64,000 nt of DNA. It comes from Candidatus Doudnabacteria bacterium. Lineage in GTDB: Bacteria; Patescibacteriota; Doudnabacteria; UBA920. A program made the translations under genes and the position numbers. The stretch spans positions 458,853 through 522,852 of the forward strand of contig CAWINB010000004.1 in assembly GCA_963837465.1 (NCBI GenBank), read 5' to 3'. A model generated the notes under the pieces. It was not told the DNA's origin, made no database searches, and saw nothing but the letters and a program-made list of their open reading frames with translations. This document shows positions 48,054 to 58,381 of this stretch, one piece after another; the first letter of the stretch is position 1; the number at the start of each line of letters is the position of its first letter.

Positions 48054-48300
48054 ATGTCTGAAATTAAGCCAAACGAGGTTTATACCACCGCTGAAACCGA
48101 GCATTCTGCTAAAAGTCAGCAACAGCACAATAAAGCGCATGCTTAAAAGCGGACTGCTTAGGGCCAATAAAGTCGGCAAGCAGTACCGTATTTTAGGGCA
48201 TGAAATTTTGCGCCTAGTTTCACCGCGAGTTGAGGAAAAAGCGGTTAAGGCCTACCAAAAAATAAAAACCAAAACCAGGGAAAAAATTAACCAATGGTAG
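48054..48300 (+). CDS. Excisionase/MerR-like HTH protein with +1 frameshift near 48105 (not in ORF track)
   Basis: MSEIKPNEVYTTAETEH then next frame LLKVSNSTIKRMLKSGLLRANKVGKQYRI. Confidence 0.75.
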
Positions 48301-48301
48301 C

Positions 48302-49834
48302 ATGCAACCGGACGAAGTTTCGTTGAGCCAAAAAACCATAAAAAATTCCGCGTACTCTTTTTTGGGCTACACCTGGCCTATTGTTTTTTCTATTTTTATA
48401 ACCCCGGTGGTAGTAAAAAAATTGGGCATTACAGACTTCGGCGTTTACACCCTTGTTAATACTATTATAGGTTTTTTAACGCTGATTGACTTAGGCCTCA
48501 ACATTGCATTGGTCAAGTATATTTCCGAGTATTACGCAAAAAAAGATTTTATTAGCCTGGAGAGGCTGCTGTCTTCGGCCAGGTCGCTTTACGCTATTAT
48601 TGGTTTTGTGGGGCTTGGGGTTTTTGTTGTATTGGGCAAATATGGCATGTCTGCATTTAATATTTCCGGCGCTTACCAGGCTCAGTTATTTCCGGTGTTC
48701 CTGTTGGCCGGGCTAACCTTTTTTGTTAATTCCCTGGGCTGGGTCTATGCCAACTGTTTTCCCGGCCTGCAGCGTTACGACATTTATCATAAGTTGAACA
48801 TAAGCCAGCTGACTTTTTTAAATATTTTAATTCTAGTTGCCGTACTTATGGGCTATAAGCTCAAGGTTATTTTTGCCCTAAATGTTTTGGCTGTAGGGGC
48901 TTTGTACATTGGCTACCGGTTAAACATAAAAAAAGTATTGCCGGGTATAAAAATAACTTACGCCTGGCATTGGGAAGAAATAAAAAAGAGCTATAAATTT
49001 GGTTTTATTGCTGCAATGGGCAGCCTGGCCCAAAGTGCCTTGGTGCAGCTGGACAGGCTAATTATTCCAGTATTTACAGGGCCGGCCGTTTTGTCTTATT
49101 ATAGCTTGCCGGGAAACGTTGCGCAGAAAACATCCGGTATTACAGCCAGCCTGGCAGCTTCCGTATTTCCCATGGCCAGTAGCTTAAACGCTTCCGGTGA
49201 GGATGCCAAAAACAAGAACCTTTACAGGAAAATGGTCCGTTTGGTTACAATTATCGCCGCAGGTTTTACTGTTGCGATTATGGCTTTTTCCTATAAAATT
49301 CTACTGTTTTGGCTAAATAAAGATTTTGCAGACAAAGGCTACATTATTTTAATTATCCTTGCGGCAGTGTATTTTATTTTAGCGCTTTACGCGCCGCTAA
49401 CCAATTATTTAATGGGTATTGGCAAGATAAAATTTTTAACTTCCTGGTCAATTACCCTTGCTGTACTAAACCTTATTGCCCTGTTGCTGCTGGTGCCTTA
49501 CTATGGCATACTGGGCGCGGCCTGGGCTTATGCTATTGGCGTTTTGCCCATCCCGTTAATTTTTTTAATGGTAGAAAGGAATTTTTTAAAATTCACAGGC
49601 ATAGGAATTTTTTACTTAAAACTCTATTCAAAAATAGTTTTTACTGCCGCGGTTTTTTTGCTACTGTCTAAATTTGTCCTTATTCCCCTGATAGTCAATT
49701 TGTTCAGCTTGCTGGTAATTGGGCCTTTGTCCGTTGCACTGTACTTTGTTCTGTATAAGGTTTTTGGTTTTGTCGATCCCGAAGACTGGGATATGTTAAA
49801 AGTTTTTTTACGAAAATTAAAAAGTAAATTTTAA
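48302..49834 (+). CDS. Wzx-like polysaccharide flippase
   Basis: About 14 TM; LG...FGVY, DLGL, LDRLII, YGILGAAWA. Confidence 0.88.
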   Translation: MQPDEVSLSQKTIKNSAYSFLGYTWPIVFSIFITPVVVKKLGITDFGVYTLVNTIIGFLTLIDLGLNIALVKYISEYYAKKDFISLERLLSSARSLYAIIGFVGLGVFVVLGKYGMSAFNISGAYQAQLFPVFLLAGLTFFVNSLGWVYANCFPGLQRYDIYHKLNISQLTFLNILILVAVLMGYKLKVIFALNVLAVGALYIGYRLNIKKVLPGIKITYAWHWEEIKKSYKFGFIAAMGSLAQSALVQLDRLIIPVFTGPAVLSYYSLPGNVAQKTSGITASLAASVFPMASSLNASGEDAKNKNLYRKMVRLVTIIAAGFTVAIMAFSYKILLFWLNKDFADKGYIILIILAAVYFILALYAPLTNYLMGIGKIKFLTSWSITLAVLNLIALLLLVPYYGILGAAWAYAIGVLPIPLIFLMVERNFLKFTGIGIFYLKLYSKIVFTAAVFLLLSKFVLIPLIVNLFSLLVIGPLSVALYFVLYKVFGFVDPEDWDMLKVFLRKLKSKF

Positions 49835-49837
49835 AAA

Positions 49838-50596
49838 ATGAATTATCAAAAAGTTAATTATTCCTGGAGGGTAAAAATAGAAAATATTTTGGACAAAACG
49901 CTAGGCTTGTTTTTGTTCCAGTATAAAAAAAGGGACAACATGTTTAACTTTTTTTATAACTGCCTGGTCTACCAGCATATTACCTGCGCCGACTACAGCC
50001 CCAAGTATAACTACTATGAATTCGGGGTGGCCGGCGGCGGCTCAATAGAAATTTATATTTTGGCTTTAAAAAAGTTTTGTAAAAAATATAAGTTTAACAT
50101 AAATAAATTCCATATTTACACTTTTGACAGCTTTTCGGGACTGCCGGAAGTTAAAGAAGGGGACGAACACCTGCACTGGTACAAGGGGCTTATGGCCCAC
50201 CAGGAGCAGGAAGTTATGGCCAAAGTTAAGCGCCACAGCTTTCCGGAAAGAAACTTCCATATTGTAAAAGGCTATTTTGAAAATTCTCTGACCCCACAAC
50301 TGCAGGAGCAGCTTAAGCAATTCAAACCTGCATTCATAAACATAGATTGCGATTATTATTCTTCAACTATGACCGTATTTAACTGGTTGTTACCCCTGCT
50401 TGGCAGCGGCGCGATTTTTAGGTTTGATGACATTTGGGCTTTCCAGGGTAACCCGGAATACGGAGAATTAAAAGCTATTAATGAGCTCAACAAAAAGCAA
50501 GTTGGTTTTTTAACTCCTTTCCCGATTTGCGGCTTGCCCTCTTATGCCTATATTTTTTCCCGGCCGAAATTTGAATACAGCCGGGAAGGGCAGTAA
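49838..50596 (+). CDS. TylF/MycF/NovP-family O-methyltransferase
   Basis: YYEFGV..GGS, FDSFSGLP, KGYFENSL, IDCDYYSS, FDD. Confidence 0.85.
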   Translation: MNYQKVNYSWRVKIENILDKTLGLFLFQYKKRDNMFNFFYNCLVYQHITCADYSPKYNYYEFGVAGGGSIEIYILALKKFCKKYKFNINKFHIYTFDSFSGLPEVKEGDEHLHWYKGLMAHQEQEVMAKVKRHSFPERNFHIVKGYFENSLTPQLQEQLKQFKPAFINIDCDYYSSTMTVFNWLLPLLGSGAIFRFDDIWAFQGNPEYGELKAINELNKKQVGFLTPFPICGLPSYAYIFSRPKFEYSREGQ

Positions 50597-50606
50597 TCCA
50601 ACGACT

Positions 50607-51509
50607 ATGACACAAAAAAAAGTCAGTGCCATAACCTCGGTGTATAAAGGCGAAAAATATTTGGCCGCATTTTTGGCCAACTGCTCAGGCCAAACCATAA
50701 AAAATAGCTTGGAAATTGTTTTGGTTCATAACCAGCCTTCGGACAAGGAAACAGAAATAGTTAAGCAATTCCAAAACCAGCACCCGGGCCTGCTTAACCA
50801 TATTGTAGTAGCAAGGGAGCCTTTGGCTATTTCTACCAACAGAGCTATAAAAGCGGCGGCCGGAGAGTATGTTTGCATTTGGAACGTAGACGATTTGCGC
50901 ACTCCCGACTCTTTGGAAATAATGGCCCGTACTTTGGACTCAAACCCCAAAGCAGGTTTTACTTACGGAGACTATATAATTGTCCGCCAATGGGAGTCTA
51001 AAAATGGCCGCCTAATAACCGAGCCGGAATTTGAAAAAAAAATTTTCATACAAGGCATGCACCTGGGTCCGTTTTACATGTGGCGCAAAAGTTTGTGCGA
51101 AAAGTTAGGCTATTGGGATGAGCAGTTTAAAAGCGGCGCGGATTTTGACTATGCCGCGCGCCTGGCTTTGGAAGCAGCCGGTAAAAAAACCAACGGCCTT
51201 TTGGGCTATTATTTAGACGAAGGCCTGGGTCTTTCTACCGGCAAGACACCCTGGCAGCCAATTGAGCGCACTACCATTGAGCTTCGGTTCGGGGTTTATA
51301 AAAAGCTGGATTTTTGGTATTATAATAGGGCAAAAAAATACCGGGTTAACAATATCCTTTTAGACGGCCAGTGGTATGCCGTTGAGCATTTTGCGCCAAG
51401 CATCCAGGCAGCCACGCAAAGTAAATTTTTTGTGCTTTACGCCATAATAAGATATCCGTTTTGGGTTTTAAAAAGGATTTACAATAAAGTTGCGAGAAGT
51501 TTAATTTAA
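50607..51509 (+). CDS. Glycosyltransferase family 2
   Basis: VSAITSVY, N.AIK.A.GEY...NVDD, DFDY..R. Confidence 0.87.
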   Translation: MTQKKVSAITSVYKGEKYLAAFLANCSGQTIKNSLEIVLVHNQPSDKETEIVKQFQNQHPGLLNHIVVAREPLAISTNRAIKAAAGEYVCIWNVDDLRTPDSLEIMARTLDSNPKAGFTYGDYIIVRQWESKNGRLITEPEFEKKIFIQGMHLGPFYMWRKSLCEKLGYWDEQFKSGADFDYAARLALEAAGKKTNGLLGYYLDEGLGLSTGKTPWQPIERTTIELRFGVYKKLDFWYYNRAKKYRVNNILLDGQWYAVEHFAPSIQAATQSKFFVLYAIIRYPFWVLKRIYNKVARSLI

Positions 51510-51515
51510 TTTTTT

Positions 51516-52499
51516 ATGGATAAAAAAACAGCATTGGTTTGTGGCGCGGGCGGGTTTATTGGCAGCCATTTGGTCAAACAGCTAAAAAAAGAAGGCTACT
51601 GGGTTAGGGGAACGGACTTAAAAGACCCGGAGTTCAGCAAGACAGAGGCTGATGATTTTGTGCTGGGTGATTTACGCGACGTAGAAGTATGGAAAAAAAT
51701 ACTAGACCAGCCATTTGACGAAGTTTACCAGCTGGCGGCGGACATGGGCGGCGCAGGGTATATTTTTACCGGGGAACACGATGCCGATGTTATGCATAAC
51801 TCGGCAACCATAAACTTAAACGCGGTTTACTACGGCAACAAAGCGGGCATAAAAAAGATTTTTTATTCGTCCTCAGCGTGCATTTACCCAAAACGTAACC
51901 AGCTGGACCCAAATAACCCCATGTGCAGTGAAGACTCTGCTTATCCGGCTGAGCCTGACAGCGAGTATGGCTGGGAAAAACTTTTTAGCGAACGGGTTTA
52001 TTTTTCATTTAAGCGCAATTACGGCTTAAACGTAAGAGTAGCCAGGTTCCACAATATTTTTGGTCCGGAAACCGCCTGGACAGGCGGGCGAGACAAAGCC
52101 CCTGCTGCAATTTGCCGCAAAGTCGCGGAAGCTCCGGACGGAGGAGTGGTGGAAATTTGGGGCGACGGCAACCAAACGCGCTCGTTTTTGTACGTGGATG
52201 AATGCGTAGAAGGTATAAGACGTTTTATGGACAGTAAAGATTTTGACGGGCCTTTAAACATAGGCTCTGAAGAAATGGTTACCATAAACGAACTGACTGA
52301 AATGGTTATTGCCTTGTCCGGTAAAAAACTGGAAATAAAACATATCGCAGGGCCGCTTGGGGTAAAAGGGCGTAATTCCCACAATGAACTTATTCGCAAC
52401 AAGCTGAATTGGGAACCTACCGTGAAGCTAAAAGACGGCATGACAAAAATGTATGCCTGGGTTTCGGAGCAGGTTGAAAAAGCAAAAAATAATAAATAA
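51516..52499 (+). CDS. NAD-dependent epimerase, GDP-mannose 3,5-epimerase-like
   Basis: GAGGFIG, LAADMGGAG, SSACIYP, YGWEK, RFHNIFGP. Confidence 0.88.
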   Translation: MDKKTALVCGAGGFIGSHLVKQLKKEGYWVRGTDLKDPEFSKTEADDFVLGDLRDVEVWKKILDQPFDEVYQLAADMGGAGYIFTGEHDADVMHNSATINLNAVYYGNKAGIKKIFYSSSACIYPKRNQLDPNNPMCSEDSAYPAEPDSEYGWEKLFSERVYFSFKRNYGLNVRVARFHNIFGPETAWTGGRDKAPAAICRKVAEAPDGGVVEIWGDGNQTRSFLYVDECVEGIRRFMDSKDFDGPLNIGSEEMVTINELTEMVIALSGKKLEIKHIAGPLGVKGRNSHNELIRNKLNWEPTVKLKDGMTKMYAWVSEQVEKAKNNK

Positions 52500-52510
52500 T
52501 AAATAATTTT

Positions 52511-52954
52511 ATGCAAAAAATTTGGCTGTCGGATAAAGACTACAATTTTATTTATGGCCGGGTGCCCAGGCTTTGCGTGGATTTGGTTATAAAAGACAAA
52601 AATGGGCTTTTGTTGACGCTGCGGGATATTGAGCCGGGAAAAAATACCTGGCACTTTCCTGGAGGCCGGGTTAAATTCAGGGAAACAATAACCCAAGCCG
52701 CCTCCAGGATAGCCAAAGCCGAGCTGGGCGTAAAAATAAAGCTTATTAAGCCTTTAGGCGTACTGGAATTTTTAGACGAAGTACAGGACAAAAACCTCCG
52801 CCACAGTGTGAGTTTGGCCTTTGCGACAAAAATTGTTTCCGGCAAGCCCATGGGCGGCTGGCAAGCGCAAAAAATTGGGTTTTTTAAAAAACTTCCCAAG
52901 CGTGTATATCAGGGACATAAAAAGTTTTTAGTTAAGAATAAAATACTTAAATAA
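52511..52954 (+). CDS. NUDIX hydrolase, GDP-mannose mannosyl hydrolase-like
   Basis: P.LCVDLVI, W.FPGGRV...ET...A..RIAKAELG. Confidence 0.8.
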   Translation: MQKIWLSDKDYNFIYGRVPRLCVDLVIKDKNGLLLTLRDIEPGKNTWHFPGGRVKFRETITQAASRIAKAELGVKIKLIKPLGVLEFLDEVQDKNLRHSVSLAFATKIVSGKPMGGWQAQKIGFFKKLPKRVYQGHKKFLVKNKILK

Positions 52955-53028
52955 GTTTTTAAAAAAAATAATATACCCCACAAACTTGACTACAGGTTTG
53001 TGGGATATTGTTGCTTGTTGGTTTGCCG

Positions 53029-53761
53029 CTATTGGCCCTGGCTTTGCTCTGCTGCAAGAACCGCTTCATGTATGAGCATGGGCAATTCAAACGGGCTCAC
53101 CTCCGGTCCTACCAGGGCGGCAAGAAGCGCCTCTACGCGTTTGCCAACATAACGTTGGGCTTCGTAGGCGCTTTGGCCGAAGAAGTAGCTGCGCCCCTGC
53201 ATGTTGAGCAAGGCGTAGTTGGCGTTGGCTTCTTTGGCGTCCATGCGCCTATCGAAGTCGTTCTTGCCCTACGCAGCGGGCTGAACCGGTTCGGTTCCTT
53301 TGGTGAAGTCGTCGACGTAATGGATGGCCAGCCTGGACAACTGAAGCTCGTTTATCCCTCCCGGCACGTTCAACAAGGCTTGGATGCCGTCTTCCCTGAG
53401 CAGGGAGTCGTGACCAACGGAATCGGCCAGCATAATGAGATGCCCGGCAAAGCCTTGATCGGAGATTAATTTGGTGGCCTTGCGGTACGCCGCATTGAAC
53501 GCCTTCCAGGTTTTTCCGTGTTTCTTAATGAACTCGATCTCCTGGCGTTTACAGGCATCATGCAGCAACGCGCCAATCACCGCACTGCTCAGGTAGCCTT
53601 CGTTAATTCCAAGCATGCCGCAGAGCACAGCCATCCCATGTCTTCGGCCTCTGTGCCAACTTGCAGCAGATGCTTATGGTAAAACTCCTCGACCAGCTTT
53701 TCCTTCAAACGATAGGAAGGAATTTGCTTCTTATCGTTAAAAAACAATCCGGTACCAACAT
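53029..53761 (-). pseudogene. Decayed HD-domain protein gene
   Basis: ALLHD...H.VDD motifs; in-frame TAG at 53269-53271 joins two track ORFs; further stop and frameshift upstream. Confidence 0.6.
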
Positions 53762-53919
53762 TTTCTTTACCCCTTAAACTTGTATTACACAGCTAAAAAT
53801 TATATCGTTAATTGGTCATTATGTCAACCATCCAGTATAAAAACCGGTTATATTGCAGCATGTATTAAGGTCTGCTACTATTATTTGTATTGGATATATT
53901 TTACTTAGTTTTTTGAACT

Positions 53920-54861
53920 ATGGATTTAAAAAATAAAAAAATTCTGGTAACAGGGGGCGCCGGTTTTATTGGCTTTCATTTGGTAGCGGCTTTGCTTAAA
54001 CAGGGGGCTAAAGTAGTTGTGGTAGATAGTTTAATTACAGGCCGAAAAGAAAATTTGCACAAGCAGGCAACATTTTATAAACTGGATATTAATGACCCGG
54101 CTTTTGAAACTGTGTTTAAAAAAGAAAAGCCCGAAGTGGTTTATATGTTGGCTTTTAACACCAATGTGCCCAGGTCAGTTAAAGACCCGGTGTTCGACAA
54201 CGCCAGCATTACAGGCAGCCTTAAGACTTTGGAATTTTCCAGGAAATACGGGGTAAAAAAAGTTGTTTTTTCCTCAACCAGTTTTGTTTACGGAAACACC
54301 AAAAATTTACCTACACCGGAAACAGAAGCCGCCAGTCCGGAAAACCCGTATATTATTTCCAAACATACCGTGGAAAACTATGTCAGGTTTTACGGCCGCA
54401 CCTACGGGTTGGATTATGTAATTTTCAGGTACGCCACAACTTATGGCCCCGGGCAAACCGGCGGAGCCATGGCCGACTATGTTCGCTGTATTGATTCCGG
54501 CAAACAGGCGGAAATTTATGGCGACGGTAAAAAAACCAGGGACTACATGTACGTGGGGGACATAGTCAGAGCCAACATTATGGCTGCCTCTTACAAACCA
54601 CAAAAAGGAATTTTGCCCCTGTTTAACTTAAGTACCGGCAAAGAAACAACGCTTTACCAATTGTACAAAAAAATCGCAAGGCTTTTGGGGAAGCCACAGG
54701 CAGAACCGAAGTTTTGCCCCGACCGCCCCGGGGAAATGTACCGCTCCAAACTGAATAATTCAAAAGCAAAAAAATATTTTAAATGGCAGCCAAAATTTAG
54801 TTTAGATGCAGGCTTAGCGGAAACAATAGGTTATTTTAAAAAATTAAACGGCAAAAAATAG
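53920..54861 (+). CDS. NAD-dependent epimerase/dehydratase (UDP-glucose 4-epimerase-like)
   Basis: VTGGAGFIG, YxxxK (YIISK), GDG.KTRDY. Confidence 0.88.
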   Translation: MDLKNKKILVTGGAGFIGFHLVAALLKQGAKVVVVDSLITGRKENLHKQATFYKLDINDPAFETVFKKEKPEVVYMLAFNTNVPRSVKDPVFDNASITGSLKTLEFSRKYGVKKVVFSSTSFVYGNTKNLPTPETEAASPENPYIISKHTVENYVRFYGRTYGLDYVIFRYATTYGPGQTGGAMADYVRCIDSGKQAEIYGDGKKTRDYMYVGDIVRANIMAASYKPQKGILPLFNLSTGKETTLYQLYKKIARLLGKPQAEPKFCPDRPGEMYRSKLNNSKAKKYFKWQPKFSLDAGLAETIGYFKKLNGKK

Positions 54862-54868
54862 TACGGGC

Positions 54869-55621
54869 ATGCTCAATACTACAAAAAAAAGTTTAAACGA
54901 TATTCTTTCTGCTGTTCCGGTAGGCCATAAAGTTTTAGATGTTGGCGGGGCTGCTGCCCCAATGAAGCGGGCCGACTATGTAATAGACATTGTCCCTTTT
55001 GAAGGCGTGAATTTTGGTTATGCCAAAGGCTTGGGTGAAGTTCGTTTGGACAAAAGCCGCTATACCCAGCATGATATTTGTAACCGCCAGCCCTGGCCGT
55101 ATCCGGATAAGTTTTTTGACTACGTAATTTGCTCGCACGTTTTAGAAGACGTCCGCGACCCTCTTTGGGTTTGCTCCGAGCTTATTAGGGTTAGCAAAGC
55201 CGGTTACATAGAAACCCCGTCGCGCATGTATGAAACAACTTTTAACATTGAGGCCAATGGCCTTGCCGGAGCTTCCCACCACCACTGGATTGTAGAAGTG
55301 GTAAAGTCAAAACTTCAGTTTACTTTTAAGTATTTTTTTGTGCATAGTAGGTACGTGAACAAAAGTAAGACTCGGCTTTCCAGTTTGGGGCAAAATGCTA
55401 TTTTACAGGCAGAATGGCAGGACAGTTTTGACTATTCGGAAAATTGGCTGGCAGACGATAAGGCTATATTTGAATATTATTTAAACCGGCCAATAACTAA
55501 TAAAGAAAGGTGGAAAATCCGTCGGCAGGTAGGGCCCAGAAATTTTATTGTTGAGTGGCTGGCTTACTTTAAAAACACCAGCCCAGCGGCAGGACGAATG
55601 TTTAAGAAATGGAAAAAATGA
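54869..55621 (+). CDS. Class I SAM-dependent methyltransferase
   Basis: VLDVGG, FDYVICSHVLED, YIETPS. Confidence 0.82.
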   Translation: MLNTTKKSLNDILSAVPVGHKVLDVGGAAAPMKRADYVIDIVPFEGVNFGYAKGLGEVRLDKSRYTQHDICNRQPWPYPDKFFDYVICSHVLEDVRDPLWVCSELIRVSKAGYIETPSRMYETTFNIEANGLAGASHHHWIVEVVKSKLQFTFKYFFVHSRYVNKSKTRLSSLGQNAILQAEWQDSFDYSENWLADDKAIFEYYLNRPITNKERWKIRRQVGPRNFIVEWLAYFKNTSPAAGRMFKKWKK

Positions 55622-56583
55622 AAAAAATTGTAGTCATGCCCGTAAAAAATGAAGCCTGGATTATAGAAAAAACTCTGCAGGCTTTGTCTTTGTGGGCCGA
55701 CAACATTATTATTGCCGACCAAAACTCAACAGACGGCTGTTTGGAAATTTATAAAAAATTTCCAAAAGTCATAGTAATAAATAATCCCGCAAACTACCAT
55801 TCCAGCAACGTCAGGAAATTACTTTTGGAGCAAGCCAGGAAAGTGTCGGTTAACAGTGCAATTTTTAGTTTTGACGCAGACGAAATTCCTACCGTAGAAA
55901 TATTGCAGCCAAAATTTTGGCAGCAAGTTGAAAAATTACCAATTGGTTCTGCCATAGAAATGCAGTGGGTGCAGTTATGGCGTTCAGCAGAACAGTACAG
56001 GGACGACGCATCGGTTTGGTCAAACAGCTGGAAAGTTTTTGGTTTTATAGACGACCCGAGCATGGAGTACGACAACCTAAATGTAATAAACGACCATACT
56101 TCCCGCGTGCCCCAGGCCTCGCTAAAAAATGTTATAAGGTTTTCAGAGCCTAAGGTTCTGCATTACCAGTTTACCAACTGGCAGCGGATGTTGGTTAAAC
56201 AAGTTTATTACAGGATAATGGAATTAATTAAGCGTCAGGCTGGTTTTTGGCAAACGCTTAAAATTAACCTGCGCTACCGTATAACAGAAGACGAACGAGG
56301 TTTGGTATTAAAAGACGTGCCGGAAACTTGGGTAAAAGACTACGAGCTCCAGGGTATAAGTTTAAAAAATTTGCCTGCTGGGCAGTCGTCCTGGTTTGAA
56401 CAAGAGATTGCCGAGTTGTTTAACCGTTACGGTGTAAAGAAATTTTCCGGGCTGGATATTTGGGATAACGCAAAGAACTCCAAGCAAAAAGACCCGCGCG
56501 GCAAATTTACAAAATGGTGGCAAGGACGCCTGGATTTAATAGGGGACTTGGTCAATTGGTTCCGTAAACAGAAAAGTAACTAA
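55609..56583 (+). CDS. Glycosyltransferase family 2
   Basis: PVKNEAW, IIADQNSTDG, DADE. Confidence 0.85.
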   Translation: MEKMKKIVVMPVKNEAWIIEKTLQALSLWADNIIIADQNSTDGCLEIYKKFPKVIVINNPANYHSSNVRKLLLEQARKVSVNSAIFSFDADEIPTVEILQPKFWQQVEKLPIGSAIEMQWVQLWRSAEQYRDDASVWSNSWKVFGFIDDPSMEYDNLNVINDHTSRVPQASLKNVIRFSEPKVLHYQFTNWQRMLVKQVYYRIMELIKRQAGFWQTLKINLRYRITEDERGLVLKDVPETWVKDYELQGISLKNLPAGQSSWFEQEIAELFNRYGVKKFSGLDIWDNAKNSKQKDPRGKFTKWWQGRLDLIGDLVNWFRKQKSN

Positions 56584-56592
56584 CTTTTTATT

Positions 56593-57429
56593 ATGGCAGA
56601 TGAGGATATAACTAAAGTCGGTATAATTGGCGTTGGCTTTGTCGGCGGTGCCGCGAGGCAGTATTTTGAAACCCTGCCACTGGAACTATTTTTATACGAC
56701 AAATATAAAAAGTTGGGCTCGGTAGAAGATGTTAACCGGGCGCAGGTAATTTTTGTAGCAACACCTACGCCTTTTGTCCCGGAAACAGGTTTTGATTTGT
56801 CTTTTGTGGAAGGTGCGGCGGCAATTTTAACAGCCCCAAAAATAATTGTCATTAAGTCCTCTGTAGTGCCCGGGACAACCGACAAGCTTCAGGAACAATT
56901 TCCGCAGCATAAGTTTTTGTTTAACCCGGAATTTTTAAGGGAAGCTTCCGCATATAACGATTTTATAAACCCCGACAGGCAAATACTCGGCACCACCGCG
57001 GCCAGCTTGGATGTGGCGGAAAAAGTTTTAAGGCTCCTGCCAAAGTCTGCTTATGAAAAAATTATGCCTGCCAATGAAGCAGAGGTTGTAAAATACATGG
57101 CCAATACTTTTTTGGCCATGAAAGTAGTGTTTGCCAATGAATTTTACAGTCTCTGTAAAGACTTGGGGATTAATTACGAAACAGTTAAAGAAGCAGTCTC
57201 TCAAGACCCCCGTATTGGTGCCTCACACCTGGATGCCGATCATGGCGGTTACCGCGGTTATGGCGGAAGTTGTTTTCCAAAAGATGTTAATGCAATAATC
57301 CAGTTTGCCAACAACAAAGGAATAAAAATGCCGTTGCTGGAAGAAATGAGGGCAATAAACAGGGGACTGCTTAAAAAAAGTAATTTGGACGAAGATTATT
57401 TTTTAACCGGTAAACATAAGAAAACCTAA
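56593..57429 (+). CDS. UDP-glucose/GDP-mannose dehydrogenase family, short form
   Basis: GVGFVG, KSSVVPG, NPEFLRE, KY.ANTFLA.K, GYGGSCFPKD. Confidence 0.88.
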   Translation: MADEDITKVGIIGVGFVGGAARQYFETLPLELFLYDKYKKLGSVEDVNRAQVIFVATPTPFVPETGFDLSFVEGAAAILTAPKIIVIKSSVVPGTTDKLQEQFPQHKFLFNPEFLREASAYNDFINPDRQILGTTAASLDVAEKVLRLLPKSAYEKIMPANEAEVVKYMANTFLAMKVVFANEFYSLCKDLGINYETVKEAVSQDPRIGASHLDADHGGYRGYGGSCFPKDVNAIIQFANNKGIKMPLLEEMRAINRGLLKKSNLDEDYFLTGKHKKT

Positions 57430-57431
57430 GT

Positions 57432-58367
57432 ATGCCAAAAATAACAGTACTAATAGCCGGCGGTGCCGGATTTGTGGGGTCGCATTTGTGCGACCATTAT
57501 GTTAAAAAAAATTACCGGGTAATTTGCCTGGATAATTTAGCCACCGGCAGCCGCGAAAATATTAAGCATTTACTGCCAAAAAAAAACTTTTCTTTTTTAC
57601 GGCAAAGCGTTACCAAGCCTTTGTCTTTGAAAGTCGATTATATTTTTCACCTGGCCTCGCCGGCTTCTCCCGCGCATTACCAAAAAGACCCAATTGCAAC
57701 CTTTGAAGCAAACGTTTTTGGCGCCAAGAATTTATTGGAGCTGGCTAAAAAAAATAAAGCCATGCTGTTGCTTGCGTCCACTTCGGAAGTTTACGGCGAC
57801 CCGCTAGAGCATCCGCAAACAGAAAAGTATTGGGGTAATGTTAACCCTGTGGGCATTCGCAGCTGCTATGACGAAAGCAAGCGAGCGGCTGAAACCTTAT
57901 GCATGGATTATTCTCGTAAATTCGGTGTAAACGCAAAAATAGTAAGGATTTTTAACACCTACGGCCCGCGTATGGGGGCTAAAGACGGCAGGGTTGTGTC
58001 CAATTTTATTGTCCAGGCTCTCTCCGGTAAACCTTTAACAATTTATGGGAGCGGAAAACAAACCCGCAGCTTCCAGTATATAGGCGATCTTATACAGGGT
58101 ATTACAGCAATGGCAGAAAGCAAAAAATTTACCGGCCCGGTAAATTTGGGGAATCCAGTAGAATTTACCATGCTGGAGCTGGCAAAAAAAGTTTTGAGTT
58201 TAACAGGTTCAAAGAGCAAGCTGGCATATAAACCTTTGCCGCAAGACGACCCAAAACAGCGCAGGCCGGACATAAGTTTAGCTAAGTCAAAACTTAACTG
58301 GCAGCCCAAGGTAGGACTTAATCAGGGACTGGAGCACGCAATAAATTATTTTCGCCAAGTCGTTTAA
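57432..58367 (+). CDS. UDP-glucuronate decarboxylase (UDP-xylose synthase) family
   Basis: HLASPASP, ASTSEVYGDP, RSCYDESKR, DGRVVSNF, DDPKQRRPDI. Confidence 0.92.
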   Translation: MPKITVLIAGGAGFVGSHLCDHYVKKNYRVICLDNLATGSRENIKHLLPKKNFSFLRQSVTKPLSLKVDYIFHLASPASPAHYQKDPIATFEANVFGAKNLLELAKKNKAMLLLASTSEVYGDPLEHPQTEKYWGNVNPVGIRSCYDESKRAAETLCMDYSRKFGVNAKIVRIFNTYGPRMGAKDGRVVSNFIVQALSGKPLTIYGSGKQTRSFQYIGDLIQGITAMAESKKFTGPVNLGNPVEFTMLELAKKVLSLTGSKSKLAYKPLPQDDPKQRRPDISLAKSKLNWQPKVGLNQGLEHAINYFRQVV

Positions 58368-58381
58368 TTAATTTAAAATAT

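Noticed and set aside
53008-53469. 153-aa plus-strand ORF
   Set aside because: Shadow of the minus-strand HD pseudogene.
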